The notes: generated by a model from the sequence alone, not told the origin. Positions 1-11,098 are shown, numbered from the stretch's first letter. The stretch: DNA of 51,902 nt from Clostridia bacterium (GCA_022797635.1 JAAWKZ010000005.1:1-51902); one strand, 5' to 3'. Numbers and translations are program-made.

Positions 1-276
1 CACTTCTTCTGGTTCTGTTGGAGTATCTGGCCCTCCTCCATTTCCTGTTCCATTCATATATTTATCTACCATATTATCTACTTCATTCATATATTCTTGT
101 TCATTTTTTATGGCTTCTGCTGTTTTGTTTTTTGCCTCTTGCGCCTTTTTAAATATACTGTTTTCTCCCATTGTATACATGATGGTGATTCCTGCTAAAA
201 TAAGTAATACTACTATAGTTACTACTAATGCTACAAGTGTGATACCCTCTTGCTTCTTCCTTAATTTTTCTTTCAT
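1..276 (-). CDS. Type IV pilin-like leader protein, 5' part (continues off the left edge); not in ORF track
   Basis: Manual translation from ATG at 276 (GGAGG upstream): MKEKLRKKQEG-ITLVALVVTIVVLLILAGITIMYTMGENSIFKKAQEAK..., same leader as the DGR target 29010..31829. Confidence 0.8.
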   Translation of the reverse strand, partial: MKEKLRKKQEGITLVALVVTIVVLLILAGITIMYTMGENSIFKKAQEAKNKTAEAIKNEQEYMNEVDNMVDKYMNGTGNGGGPDTPTEPEEV

Positions 277-556
277 CCCTTCTATTTCCTCCGTTTCTTT
301 TTTATGCACTTTGTATTTTGTTATTTTTTCTCAATTCATTGCATAAATCTTTTGTTTTAATATTTCTTAATTTAATGAAAAATATTCTAGTTCTCATTAT
401 ATTTTTTCATCAATCAATCCATAACATTTTGTTTTATTTTAGCAAAACATGTCACAAAATGTCAATAGATTACTTTGAAAAATATTAAGCTTTAGATTAA
501 TATTTATAAAACAAAAAAAGAAAAGCTATCTTTCTAACTTTTCTCTTTCCTTCTCC

Positions 557-967
557 CTATCTTCTTCCACACCCACAATTGCAATTACAGTTGCAGTTAT
601 AATTTGGTCTTCTTGCCTGTGTTGGTACTAAAGTTGCCTCATTGGCTAAATTAACACTATTACAAGGACTCGTATTGTTTATGGTTATTGGTCTTTCAAT
701 AATCCTACAATTTCCTGTATTTTGATTTTCTAATATTCTAAGTAATCTGCAAATCCATGCGGATAGCACAGCTGTTACATAAGCTAAAATAGCATATAAT
801 ATAGCATATACTAAAAAACTTGCGTCAAAGAATGCAAATGTTATCACTAAGAAAATGGCAAAAAATGTTGCTGCTACTAAAAGTGGATTTTTTAATACTT
901 TTTGTAACACAATTGCTAATATAACAGTAGCAACAGGAAAAGCAAAAAATATCAATAAAGTATTCAT
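557..967 (-). CDS. Small membrane protein (DUF2651/YbeF-like) with Cys-rich tail
   Basis: Three hydrophobic segments followed by a NCNCNCNCGCG tail; AGGAG RBS. Confidence 0.55.
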   Translation of the reverse strand: MNTLLIFFAFPVATVILAIVLQKVLKNPLLVAATFFAIFLVITFAFFDASFLVYAILYAILAYVTAVLSAWICRLLRILENQNTGNCRIIERPITINNTSPCNSVNLANEATLVPTQARRPNYNCNCNCNCGCGRR

Positions 968-1032
968 ATGTCTTTCTCCTATTCTTTTATTTTTTCTATC
1001 TGTTATATTTTATGTTACTTTTTGTTTTTTGG

Positions 1033-1797
1033 TTACAATTCTTGGTCGCAAACTTTCTTTTCTTCATAATCTACATGCATTAAAAATAGTCCTTGTGCTG
1101 CTAATGTCTTTCCTGCCTTTTGTCTATCTTTTGCTTCTAAAATCGCTTTCATCTCTTTTGGCTCTCTGTTTCCTAGTCCTATCTCTACTAAAGTTCCTGC
1201 TATAATACGAACCATGTTATATAAAAAGCCATTTCCTGTTAGCATGATAATAACTCTTGTTTGTTCTTTTAAGACTTGTGCTTGATAAATTGTTCTTACG
1301 CTACTTTTACTACTAGTTCCACTCGATTTAAAGCTACCAAAGTCATGTTCTCCCACTAAATAATTTGCCGCTTCTTGCATTTTTCCTACATCTAATGGTT
1401 GTGATACATGATAAGTTGTATTTCTATAAATAGCCATCCCTTGTTCTGAGTTATCTATAATATAGGCATAAGTTTTTTTGTGACAATGATAACGACTATG
1501 AAATTCTATTGGCACTTCTTCTGCTTTTAAAATGCGAATAGACTTTTTTAATTGTGAATTAATGGCTGTTGCCATTTTCTCAATTGGAAAGTCTGATTCT
1601 ATTTTAAAGTTTGCCACTTGTCCAAAAGCATGTACTCCTGCGTCAGTTCTTCCAGAACCTATTAATTCCACTTCCTCTCTTGTTACACTTTGAATTGCTC
1701 TTTCTATTTCTCCTTGAATATTCAAATGGTTTGGTTGCTTTTGCCAACCGTTATAGTCCTTTCCCTCATATTCAATTGTTAATTTTATATTTCTCAT
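1033..1797 (-). CDS. truA: tRNA pseudouridine(38-40) synthase
   Basis: GSGRTDAGVHA and GFLYNMVR motifs; start moved to ATG 1797 after AAGGAG. Confidence 0.95.
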   Translation of the reverse strand: MRNIKLTIEYEGKDYNGWQKQPNHLNIQGEIERAIQSVTREEVELIGSGRTDAGVHAFGQVANFKIESDFPIEKMATAINSQLKKSIRILKAEEVPIEFHSRYHCHKKTYAYIIDNSEQGMAIYRNTTYHVSQPLDVGKMQEAANYLVGEHDFGSFKSSGTSSKSSVRTIYQAQVLKEQTRVIIMLTGNGFLYNMVRIIAGTLVEIGLGNREPKEMKAILEAKDRQKAGKTLAAQGLFLMHVDYEEKKVCDQEL

Positions 1798-1856
1798 TTG
1801 TTTTCTCCTTTTATTTATTTGCCTTATCATACTATACTTTTACTTTTATTGCAACT

Positions 1857-1939
1857 TGTCAGTTAGGGGACGTTAGTTTAACTGACATTTTGGTAAAAAA
1901 TGGTAGAATGTCAGTTAAACTAACGTCCCCTAACTGACA
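1857..1939. repeat. REP/REPIN-like palindrome, copy A (perfect 33-bp inverted arms)
   Basis: tgtcagttaggggacgttagtttaactgacatt (1857-1889) is the exact reverse complement of 1907-1939. Confidence 0.85.
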
Positions 1940-1990
1940 CACTTGACAAATCCAGATTTTTCCTGCATAATAAGTAATGGAGTGAAAATT

Positions 1991-2899
1991 ATGTCAATTA
2001 AACTAATTGCAACTGATTTGGATGGAACTATGCTAGCTCAAGATAATTCCATTCCACAAGCAAATTTAGAAGCTATTAAAACAATACAAAATAAACGTAT
2101 TCCTCTTGCTATCTGCACGGGGAAAAGTTATGCTATCTCAAAAGATATTTGCAATCAATGCAATGCTCAATATGGCATTTTTGGAAATGGTACACAAATT
2201 ATTGATTTAAAAGAACAAAAAGAAATTTATCGTCATTGTTTAACAATGGAAGAATTAACTTTCTGCTATCAATTAGCAGGAAAGCACCACTTACACATTC
2301 ATGCTTATGGAGATAATTTTGTCATTACGGAAGAATTAAAATATATGGACCTTCGTAATTATGCAACATATTTTAAATCACAACATTCTGTTTTTGGAAA
2401 ATATGACACATCTTTCAATTTAATGTTGCATAATAGCAAAACTGAACTTTCTTTTTATATTGTAAAAAACTTATTGCAATATATTCACGAACATAATCTT
2501 ACCATTTTTAATGTTATTTTATCAACAGAAAATAACTTAGAAGAAATTCGTTCTGAATTGGAAAGTAAATCGACTTTAACAGTTCAATTTATTTCTAAAA
2601 AAGGAAATTACAAAGATGAATTATTAAATAAAGAATATGATTATTTTTGTATAGCTCCACAACATATTGGTAAAGGTTCTGCTTTGAATTTCTTAAAAGA
2701 CTATCTAAAAATTAACACCAATGACACTATGGCCATTGGTGATAACTTAAATGATATTGATTTATTAAAAAGCTCTGGTGTGGGTATTGCTGTTGCTAAT
2801 GCTTACGAACCTGTTAAGGAAGTAGCTAATTATACTACTAAAAATTCTGCTAGTGATGGCGGTTTTGCAGAAGCAGTTTATCAGTTTATAGAATTTTAA
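1991..2899 (+). CDS. Cof-type HAD-IIB hydrolase
   Basis: DLDGT motif I and GDNLND motif IV; ATG 1991 after GGAG. Confidence 0.9.
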   Translation: MSIKLIATDLDGTMLAQDNSIPQANLEAIKTIQNKRIPLAICTGKSYAISKDICNQCNAQYGIFGNGTQIIDLKEQKEIYRHCLTMEELTFCYQLAGKHHLHIHAYGDNFVITEELKYMDLRNYATYFKSQHSVFGKYDTSFNLMLHNSKTELSFYIVKNLLQYIHEHNLTIFNVILSTENNLEEIRSELESKSTLTVQFISKKGNYKDELLNKEYDYFCIAPQHIGKGSALNFLKDYLKINTNDTMAIGDNLNDIDLLKSSGVGIAVANAYEPVKEVANYTTKNSASDGGFAEAVYQFIEF

Positions 2900-2936
2900 A
2901 AAAGATACTATGTTTTTATTACACAGTATCTTTTTT
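2899..2936. terminator. Bidirectional intrinsic terminator
   Basis: aaaagatact...agtatctttt between convergent genes. Confidence 0.6.
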
Positions 2937-2939
2937 ATT

Positions 2940-3887
2940 TTACTTTTCTTCTCTTTTCTCTGCTTCTTTTCGTTTTTCTAATTTATTTTGTTCTATGTTT
3001 TGTTGCTTTCTTGCCTTTACTTTTTCTACTCTTTTCAACTTTTCGTCACCAAATCTCTTTGTAACAATATGTTTAATTAAAATATTTTTCAAACTATCTT
3101 CTTTCACATCTACAATTAAAGTTCCCTCTTTGGCAACTGAAATCTTGCCAGTCTCTTCAGAAATAATGACAGCTATTGCATCAGATTCTTTAGAAATTCC
3201 TAAACCTGCACGGTGTCTGGTTCCTAATTCTTTTGCAATATCTTTATCATCTGCTAACGGTAAAATACAAGCTGCTGCTGCAATTTTATTATTCGCTATA
3301 ATAACTGCTCCATCATGTAATGGCGTATTGGGTGTAAACAAGTTTACAATCAGTTGTGGTGAAACTTCCGAGCCGATTCTTACACCAGTATCAGCAATAT
3401 CATTAATTTGAATATCTCTTTCTAAAACAATTAAGCCACCTGTTTTTGATTTAGCAAGTTCTGTTGCAGCAATAACTATTTTATAAATATCTTCCTTTGT
3501 TTTAGTTGCTAAATCTTTATCAAACCCAAAATACTTTGTAATTCTGTTAGTTCCTATTTGCTCTAACATTCTTCTAAGCTCTGGTTGAAAGATAACGATT
3601 AAAGCAATAACTCCATAAGGCATAAAAAAGGTTAAAAAGAAATTCAAAATTCTCAATTGTAATACTTCACTTAAAACCACAATAGCAATAATCCATACAA
3701 TACCTTTCAATAATTGCCATGCTCTTGTTTTTTTAGCATACAATACAAACTTGTAAATTAAATAACCTACAATTACTAAATCTAGTATTAATGTTATTAG
3801 CCTAAATGGATTTTGAGATAGGTCCACCATATACCCTGTAAATGCTTGCCAAATCCCAGTCCAACTGATATTTATATTTTCAAACAT
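2940..3887 (-). CDS. cdaA: Diadenylate cyclase CdaA
   Basis: Three N-terminal TM helices, FQPELRR, LHDGA and GTRHRA motifs. Confidence 0.93.
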   Translation of the reverse strand: MFENINISWTGIWQAFTGYMVDLSQNPFRLITLILDLVIVGYLIYKFVLYAKKTRAWQLLKGIVWIIAIVVLSEVLQLRILNFFLTFFMPYGVIALIVIFQPELRRMLEQIGTNRITKYFGFDKDLATKTKEDIYKIVIAATELAKSKTGGLIVLERDIQINDIADTGVRIGSEVSPQLIVNLFTPNTPLHDGAVIIANNKIAAAACILPLADDKDIAKELGTRHRAGLGISKESDAIAVIISEETGKISVAKEGTLIVDVKEDSLKNILIKHIVTKRFGDEKLKRVEKVKARKQQNIEQNKLEKRKEAEKREEK

Positions 3888-3905
3888 ATATTACCTCTTT
3901 TTTCA

Positions 3906-4031
3906 TTATCTTGCTACAATATAAAAAATTAATGTTGCTGCAATAGATAACACCATCATAGCAGCTAATATAATTGCCATAATTTTTGTTGCTAATTTTC
4001 CTATATTTCTATTTTTTTGTTCTTTTGCCAT
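3906..4031 (-). CDS. 41-aa single-TM small protein; not in ORF track
   Basis: AGGAGG RBS; MAKEQKNRNIGKLATKIMAIILAAMMVLSIAATLIFYIVAR. Confidence 0.7.
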   Translation of the reverse strand: MAKEQKNRNIGKLATKIMAIILAAMMVLSIAATLIFYIVAR

Positions 4032-4256
4032 TTGCTATTTCCTCCTATTTGGATTTTATTTATATTTTAAGGATTTACTATCCCCCATATTTTAGTTATA
4101 GCATAAAAGTCTTACTTTTTCAATAAATAAAAAATTAATTTTTCATTTTATTGACGTTTTCTATTTCTATGATATAATTCATATATTGTGACTACTAGCA
4201 TTTGATAATTATCATTGCTATGTCCAAAAGAAAATTAATACAGAGGTTAACAAATA

Positions 4257-5300
4257 ATGAAAAAAATTGCAATTATCAATGCTTGCACTGATTTGGGCGT
4301 TCACGTAAATGGTGCTAGCTTAGGAGCCCAAATACTAACAAAGGATTTATGTTCTAACAGCACAGTTTCACATTGCTATACATTAAAAGATAATCAGACA
4401 AAAGAACAAGCTAATCCTAAAAATCCAATAGCTACATGTCAAGAAATAGATGACTTTGTACAAGAATTTAATCGTTTATTACTTGCCATGCATGAACTAC
4501 ACTTTGAAGAAAAAATGTCTGAGGAAAACACAAAACTGTATCAGAAAAAAATGCATGATTTAGTATTATCTGTTAAAGCATTAGATACTAAAAATGAAAA
4601 AAGAAATTTAGAACAAATTAATGAGTTTAACCAGAAATTATATTCTCAGGTATTACAAATACTAGAAGATAATGAATTTCCTCTAACAGTAGGTGGAGAC
4701 CATATTATCGCAATTGCTTCTAGCTTAGCATCTATTAAAAAACATCAAAATTTAGGTATCATTTGGTTTGACTCCCACGCCGATTATAATACATATGCTA
4801 CTTCCGTTACAGGAAATTTACATGGACTTCCTTTAGCAGTTGCTACCCATTTTGAAAAAGATATTTTAGCAGATTTTCACCAAGGTCCTTTTTATGACCC
4901 GAAACATACTGTTATTGTTGGTGGAAGAGATATTGACCCTTGGGAATGGAGTAATGTTTTAGAATCTGGTGTTACTGTATTTTCTACTAAAGATATTCAG
5001 AAATATGGAGTAGAAGAAATTTGTAAAAAAGCTTTTGAAATTGCTTCTAATGGGACAAATGGAGTTCACATCAGTTTTGATTTAGATTTAATTGATCCTA
5101 CTGTTGCTCCTGGTGTTTCTGTTCCTTCTATAGATGGTATAAACTTAAAAGAAACATATGAACTAGTAGATGAAATTGTAAAATATTCAAATATCATTAA
5201 GTCTGCTGATTTAGTGGAATACAACCCTATGTTTGACAAAGATAATCAAACTGCAAATCTTGCAAAAGAGATTTTAACGAAGTGGATTGAACACTTTTAA
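4257..5300 (+). CDS. Arginase-family ureohydrolase
   Basis: GGDH, DSHAD, GNLHG, SFDLD and VEYNP motifs. Confidence 0.9.
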   Translation: MKKIAIINACTDLGVHVNGASLGAQILTKDLCSNSTVSHCYTLKDNQTKEQANPKNPIATCQEIDDFVQEFNRLLLAMHELHFEEKMSEENTKLYQKKMHDLVLSVKALDTKNEKRNLEQINEFNQKLYSQVLQILEDNEFPLTVGGDHIIAIASSLASIKKHQNLGIIWFDSHADYNTYATSVTGNLHGLPLAVATHFEKDILADFHQGPFYDPKHTVIVGGRDIDPWEWSNVLESGVTVFSTKDIQKYGVEEICKKAFEIASNGTNGVHISFDLDLIDPTVAPGVSVPSIDGINLKETYELVDEIVKYSNIIKSADLVEYNPMFDKDNQTANLAKEILTKWIEHF

Positions 5301-5308
5301 AATTCATA

Positions 5309-5352
5309 GAAAAAGCAATAGCTCTTATCTTTCAAGTAGCTATTGCTTTTTT
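5309..5352. terminator. Bidirectional intrinsic terminator
   Basis: aaaaagcaatagct...agctattgcttttt between convergent genes. Confidence 0.7.
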
Positions 5353-5420
5353 TAATCTAACTCTTCTATCTTCCCATCATAGTCTTTCAACAATCGATTA
5401 TCGCCATATAACTTTTCCGC

Positions 5421-7862
5421 TTATTTTCTAAGTTCTGCACCTAAACTTTTTTCTAATTCAGCTATAATCTCTGTCATAACGCTATTAATTTCCTCATCTT
5501 TTAAAGTTCTGTCAGGAACTCTGAATTTCAAACTATATGCAACACTCTTTTTGTCTTCTCCTAATTTTTCACTTCTATAAATATCAAATAATTTTGCTTC
5601 CTCTAACATTTTCTTTGATTTCTTTTGAATAATCGCTTCTATTTTTCCTACCTCTACAGATTCGTCCACTAACATACTAATATCTCTTTCCACTGCTGGG
5701 AATTTAGTAATTGGTGCATATTTTTTATTGCTTCTTGCATATTTAGCAATCTTATCTAAGTTAATTTCTGCTAGTAATATTCTTTGTGAAATATCATAAT
5801 TTCTAGTTAATAATGGATTTGCTTCTCCTAGAGTAGCAACAACATCATTTCCCACATTAATATTAGCACATCTTCCAGGATGATACATTTTGTTGTTTAC
5901 TTCTTTTCTCACATCAAATCTTGCCATTCCTGCTACTTCTAAAATGTTTTCTACTAATCCTTTTAATGTATAGAAATCTTCACTTTCACTATACATTCCA
6001 ATCGTTAGAATGTTATTTTCTAAAGGTAACTCGCCTTTTCCAATAGCTTCATTTTTATTTTGATATGTTCTAGAAATATCAAATAATCTTACATCTTTGT
6101 TCTTATAATTGTTATTATTTTGAAGCATTTGCATTATTGTTGGAATAGAAGTCGTTTTCATGACTGTATAATCTTCGCTTAATGGATTTTGAATACGAAC
6201 CGCTTCTTTCAAGTATTCATTATTCCCTGTAATATTACATTTTGCTAAATCCTTTTCACTAATGAAACCAAAAGTACAGATTTCGGATAATCCAAGATTA
6301 ACTAATAATGCTGCCACTTTATCTTGAATGGTCTGTTCTTTATTCTTTCCTCCTAAAGTTGTCTCACTATTGATTAGTGTTGTTCCTAATTTATCATATC
6401 CATGAAATCTTAATACTTCCTCTGCTACATCTGCTAATTGTTCCACATCTTGTCTAAAATATGGAGGAATGACTGTTTCATTTTGTACTTTCATTTCTAG
6501 TTTTTCTAAAATGTCTATCATTTCCTCTTTCGTAGTTTCAATTCCAAGTAAACTATTAATTCTATCTACTTGTAAAGGAATCTGATTTACTTTTTGTTTT
6601 GTTGGGTATACATCAATTTTTCCTTCAACTGCTTCTCCTGCCCCTAATTCTTCTACTAATTCAACTGCACGATTTACTACTTTCAAAGCATTTTCAGGTG
6701 ACAATCCTTTCTCATAACGACTTGAGGCTTCTGTTCTTAAGCCAACTGCTTTAGCAGTTTTTCTTACACTTCCTCCATAGAACACTGCCGATTCAAATAC
6801 AACTATTTTTGTATCTTCTTCTATTTCAGAATTTTGGCCACCCATAACACCTGCAATTGCCACTGGTTTCTTTTCATCAGCTATAACAAGCATTGTTTCA
6901 TCTAGATTTCTTTCTTGGTCATCTAAAGTTGTAATTTTTTCATCTGCTTTAGCACGTCTTACGGTAATATGCTTACCTTCAATAGAGTTAATGTCAAAAG
7001 CATGCATTGGTTGCCCTAATTCAAGCATAACATAGTTTGTAATATCTACAATGTTATTAATACTTCTTACGCCACAAGCATTTAATCTTTTTACCATCCA
7101 TTCTGGTGATGGACCAATTTTAACATTTTTTACTACTCTTGCAATATATCTATAGCAAAGGTCTGGAGCTTCAATGCTAACAGTTAATCCCTCAATATTA
7201 TCTTTATCTGGTACTTTCATTTCCTCCAAGTTTTTATGTGGATTTTTAAAAGTTTTATTTAAAGATACTGCAGTTTCTCTTCCTAAACCTTCAATTGATA
7301 AACAATCTGGTCTATTAGGTGTAATTTCAAAATCAATAATGGTTTGATTTAGACCTAATACTTCCTTGATATCTTTCCCTACACTTTTTTCTAACTCTTC
7401 ATTTTTTCCTATTTTCTCATTTTGCTTAGAAGACAAAATCATAATGCCATTCTCAATTTGATTAGGATAATTATGGATATCTAATCCCAATTCTCCTACA
7501 GAGCACATCATTCCGCAAGAATCTACACCTCTTAATTTACCTGTTTTAATTTGTACCCCACCTGGCAAACTCGAACCATCTTTTGCAATAGGAACAATAT
7601 CATTTTCATGAATATTATTTGCTCCTGTTACAATTTGTACAATTTCTCCATCTCCTACATCTACTTTTGTTACTACCATATGATCAGAATCCAAATGTGG
7701 TTTAATTTCCAAAATCTTTCCTACTACTACATTCTGAATATCTCCACCTTGTTCCTCTATGTTCTCTACCTTAGAACCAGTCATTGTCAAAATATCCCCT
7801 AATTCTTTTGGGCTTACATCAATATCCGAATATTCTTTTAACCATTCTATACTTGCTTTCAA
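5421..7862 (-). CDS. pheT: Phenylalanine-tRNA ligase beta subunit
   Basis: TPNRPDCLS and DITNYVMLELGQP motifs, FDX-ACB C-terminus; likely TTG start at 7862 after GGAGG. Confidence 0.96.
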   Translation of the reverse strand: MKASIEWLKEYSDIDVSPKELGDILTMTGSKVENIEEQGGDIQNVVVGKILEIKPHLDSDHMVVTKVDVGDGEIVQIVTGANNIHENDIVPIAKDGSSLPGGVQIKTGKLRGVDSCGMMCSVGELGLDIHNYPNQIENGIMILSSKQNEKIGKNEELEKSVGKDIKEVLGLNQTIIDFEITPNRPDCLSIEGLGRETAVSLNKTFKNPHKNLEEMKVPDKDNIEGLTVSIEAPDLCYRYIARVVKNVKIGPSPEWMVKRLNACGVRSINNIVDITNYVMLELGQPMHAFDINSIEGKHITVRRAKADEKITTLDDQERNLDETMLVIADEKKPVAIAGVMGGQNSEIEEDTKIVVFESAVFYGGSVRKTAKAVGLRTEASSRYEKGLSPENALKVVNRAVELVEELGAGEAVEGKIDVYPTKQKVNQIPLQVDRINSLLGIETTKEEMIDILEKLEMKVQNETVIPPYFRQDVEQLADVAEEVLRFHGYDKLGTTLINSETTLGGKNKEQTIQDKVAALLVNLGLSEICTFGFISEKDLAKCNITGNNEYLKEAVRIQNPLSEDYTVMKTTSIPTIMQMLQNNNNYKNKDVRLFDISRTYQNKNEAIGKGELPLENNILTIGMYSESEDFYTLKGLVENILEVAGMARFDVRKEVNNKMYHPGRCANINVGNDVVATLGEANPLLTRNYDISQRILLAEINLDKIAKYARSNKKYAPITKFPAVERDISMLVDESVEVGKIEAIIQKKSKKMLEEAKLFDIYRSEKLGEDKKSVAYSLKFRVPDRTLKDEEINSVMTEIIAELEKSLGAELRK

Positions 7863-7880
7863 TTTACCTTCCTCCTTCAT

Positions 7881-7932
7881 ATGTCGCACAAACTAACGTC
7901 CCCAAGTGCAACATGTGTCACCAAGCGCGACA
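7881..7932. repeat. REP-like palindrome, copy B (inside the pheS-pheT junction)
   Basis: atgtcgcac-aaactaacgtcccc-aagtgcaacat core. Confidence 0.7.
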
Positions 7933-8952
7933 CTAAAATTGTTTTAAAAATCTTACATCATTTTCATATAATAAACGCATATCATCAATACCGAATTTTG
8001 CCATGGCAATTCTTTCTACGCCAAAGCCAAAGGCAAACCCTGAATATTCTTCTGGGTCAATACCGCAATTACGAAGTACATTAGGATGTACCATTCCGCA
8101 ACCTAAAAGTTCTATCCAACCTTCTCCCTTACATACTCTGCAACCTTTTCCACCACATACGAAACAAGATACATCTGCTTCTGCGCTTGGCTCTGTAAAT
8201 GGGAAGTGATGTGGTCTAAATCTAATTTGCGTTTTTTCTCCTAAACACTTCTTAGCAAACATTTCTAAAGTTCCTTTTAAATCTGCCATAGAAATATTTT
8301 TATCAATTACCAATCCTTCGATTTGATGAAACACTGGTGAATGAGTAGCATCCACACTATCTGAACGGTATACAGCACCTGGGCAAATAACCTTAATTGG
8401 TGGTTTTTGTGTTTCCATGACTCTTGCTTGCACTGGTGATGTTTGTGAACGAAGTACAATATCATCTGTAATATAGAAAGTATCTTGTACATCTCTTGCT
8501 GGGTGGTCTGGTGGAGTATTTAACTTATCAAAATTGTATGTTGCAAGTTCTACTTCTGGTCCATCTGCAATTTGGTATCCCATACCAATAAAAATATCCT
8601 TAACATCATTCACTACTTGTGTAATTGGATGCACACTTCCTAACATCATTTTTTTGCTTGGCTCTGTTACATCTATATTTTCTGTTGCTAGTCTTTCTTC
8701 AATTGCTCTATTAGCAAAGCTTTTTTCTTCTTCTTCAATTTTAGTTTCTAATTCATCTCTTACTTGATTGACTAAACTTCCTACAATTGGTCTTTCTTCA
8801 GGGCTAAGTCCCCCCATACTTCTTAAAATTAAAGTAAGTTCTCCTTTTTTTCCTAAATACTGAACCCTTACTTCATCTAGTTCTTTTGCATTTTTAGCAT
8901 TTTGAATTGCTTCTAAAGCCTTTTCTTTGATTTGTGAAATTCGCTCTTGCAT
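7933..8952 (-). CDS. pheS: Phenylalanine-tRNA ligase alpha subunit
   Basis: [19 protein letters not shown] and [10 protein letters not shown] motifs. Confidence 0.97.
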   Translation of the reverse strand: MQERISQIKEKALEAIQNAKNAKELDEVRVQYLGKKGELTLILRSMGGLSPEERPIVGSLVNQVRDELETKIEEEEKSFANRAIEERLATENIDVTEPSKKMMLGSVHPITQVVNDVKDIFIGMGYQIADGPEVELATYNFDKLNTPPDHPARDVQDTFYITDDIVLRSQTSPVQARVMETQKPPIKVICPGAVYRSDSVDATHSPVFHQIEGLVIDKNISMADLKGTLEMFAKKCLGEKTQIRFRPHHFPFTEPSAEADVSCFVCGGKGCRVCKGEGWIELLGCGMVHPNVLRNCGIDPEEYSGFAFGFGVERIAMAKFGIDDMRLLYENDVRFLKQF

Positions 8953-8997
8953 CTTTGCTTTTCCTCCTCTTATTTTTAGGTGTTTCTTCTAACCTGC

Positions 8998-9240
8998 TAA
9001 AAAGAAAAACGAGCTATCTCATCCCTATTTAGGACGAAATAACTCGTGGTACCACCTAATTTTATTAGTTTTATTTACTAATCTCATTATAGCTATAACG
9101 TAGCCAACGCTTTTTCCTACTTTATCTCTTCAAAAAAAGTCCTAAAAAAGTGAAATTTAGGTAAAAGTTTTGATAATAAACTCTCAGCTAGTTGTTTATC
9201 TCTCTGTTTCAAATTTTCTTCTACTTACTTTGCTTTTTTC
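8998..9240 (-). ncRNA. T-box riboswitch (Phe) upstream of pheST
   Basis: T-box AGGTGGTACCACG at 9045-9057 followed by a terminator hairpin and U-run; GCTGAGA stem-I motif; UUC specifier near 9152-9154; 5' end approximate. Confidence 0.85.
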
Positions 9241-9610
9241 TTGGTTTTCCTTATTTTCTTAAATATTCTAACATGTTTTTATTAGGAAATCAAGATATTT
9301 TATTTAACTTTTACAACCTATCCAAAATTTTCTTACATAATTCCTTTCAATTGCTAACTCTAATTCCTCTATTACTTTATCTTTTTTCCTATATTGTTTT
9401 ATTTCCATCTTTTTCTCCCAATATTTTTAACAACCTTATATCATAAAATACATTTTTTAACAATAATTTATTCATTAATTTTTATAACTCAAAATATATC
9501 AAATATCTTCCTCGACATTTTTTTCCAAAACATATTCCAATTTGTTCTAGAATATAGTATAATAGAATTGTTGTTAAGAAAGTTAATAACAGAATAGGAG
9601 ATTTATTTCT

Positions 9611-10063
9611 ATGTGGACAGTTTGGTTACTTTTAATTGGTATTTTTGCCGTTGCAGAAATTATTACTCCAGGATTTTTAGTTATTTGGCTAAGTGCTGGT
9701 AGTTTCTGTGGTATGATTACAAGTTTCTTTACAGACAATATTATTATTCAAACTACTGTATTTGTTATTTCTTCAGCTGTGTTTATTTTCTTTACTAGAC
9801 CACTTGCTAGAAAATTAGATAAGAAAAGTAAAACTGTTGTAACTAATGCATTTGCCATTGTTGGTAAAAAGGCAATTGTTTTACAAGATATCAACTCTAC
9901 GCTAAGTACTGGACAAATCAAAGTGGATGGTCAAGTTTGGTCTGCTAAGTGTGCAGCAGAAGAGCTTATACCAAAAGATACAGAAGTTTTTGTATTAGCA
10001 ATCGATGGTGTAAAAGCGGTTGTGTCTACTAAAGCATCAAAACCTGTAGAAGAAAATGTTTAA
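9611..10063 (+). CDS. NfeD-family membrane protein
   Basis: Hydrophobic N-terminus plus OB-fold GQIKVDGQVWSA; upstream of an SPFH gene. Confidence 0.88.
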   Translation: MWTVWLLLIGIFAVAEIITPGFLVIWLSAGSFCGMITSFFTDNIIIQTTVFVISSAVFIFFTRPLARKLDKKSKTVVTNAFAIVGKKAIVLQDINSTLSTGQIKVDGQVWSAKCAAEELIPKDTEVFVLAIDGVKAVVSTKASKPVEENV

Positions 10064-10108
10064 TTTATGTTATTAATATTTTTATATAAATAAGAGGAGG
10101 AAAATTTT

Positions 10109-11017
10109 ATGTGGATTTTATTAGCCCTATTAGTTATCATTTTAATTATTGCATTTAACACAATCAAAATCGTAAAACAATCTGAAGTATACATTATAGA
10201 AAGACTTGGTAAGTTTCATAAAGTAGCTGATGCTGGTCTTACCATTATTATTCCATTTGTAGACCATGTACGTAGTGTAGTAAGTTTAAAACAGCAAACA
10301 ATGGATATTCCACCACAAGGTGTGATTACACAAGATAATGTTACTATTACTATTGATACTGTAGTATTCTATAGAGTAACAGACCCTGCTAAAGCAGTTT
10401 ATGAAATTCAAAGTTTAAAGAAAGGTATTGAATATTTAGCAATTACTACTATCCGTGATATTGTTGGTAAAATGGATTTAGATGATACATTTAGTTCTCG
10501 TGATGCTATTAATGATAAATTAAGAGTTATCTTAGATGAAGCAACTGACCAATGGGGTTGTAAAGTAGACAGAGTTGAAATTAAAGATATTACCCCACCT
10601 GCTGACATCCGTGATGCCATGGAAAAACAAATGAATGCAGAAAGAAATAAAAGAGCTTTAATTCTTCAAGCTGAAGGTGAAAGACAATCTGCTATTACTC
10701 TTGCTGAAGGTAAAAAAGAAGCTGCTATTTTGGAAGCCGAAGCTGATAAAGAATCTAAAATAAGACGTGCAACTGGTGAAGCTGAAGCAATTAAGAAAGT
10801 AGCTGAAGCGAAAGCAGAAGAAATTCATTTAGTATATGATGCTATGATGAAATCAAACCCTGATGAAAAACTAGTACAATTAAAATCTTTAGAAGCATTA
10901 AAAGAAGTAGCTCAAGGTGAGGCTAACAAAATATTTATTCCCTTTGAAGCAACTAAAGCATTAAGTAGCTTAGGTTCTGCATCAGAAATATTTAAAGATA
11001 AAAAAAGTAAAGACTAA
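10109..11017 (+). CDS. SPFH/band-7 (stomatin/QmcA-like) protein
   Basis: IERLGKF, ITQDNV and QMNAERNKRA motifs. Confidence 0.92.
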   Translation: MWILLALLVIILIIAFNTIKIVKQSEVYIIERLGKFHKVADAGLTIIIPFVDHVRSVVSLKQQTMDIPPQGVITQDNVTITIDTVVFYRVTDPAKAVYEIQSLKKGIEYLAITTIRDIVGKMDLDDTFSSRDAINDKLRVILDEATDQWGCKVDRVEIKDITPPADIRDAMEKQMNAERNKRALILQAEGERQSAITLAEGKKEAAILEAEADKESKIRRATGEAEAIKKVAEAKAEEIHLVYDAMMKSNPDEKLVQLKSLEALKEVAQGEANKIFIPFEATKALSSLGSASEIFKDKKSKD

Positions 11018-11069
11018 AAAGTAAGAGATCAACTTTTCACCAAGTTGATCTTCTATTTTGCCCATATAC

Positions 11070-11098
11070 TTGACATAATGTTCTTGAACTGATATAAT
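11070..11098 (+). promoter_or_regulatory. Perfect sigmaA promoter with extended -10
   Basis: TTGACA (11070-75), 17-nt spacer ending TGA, TATAAT (11093-98). Confidence 0.8.
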
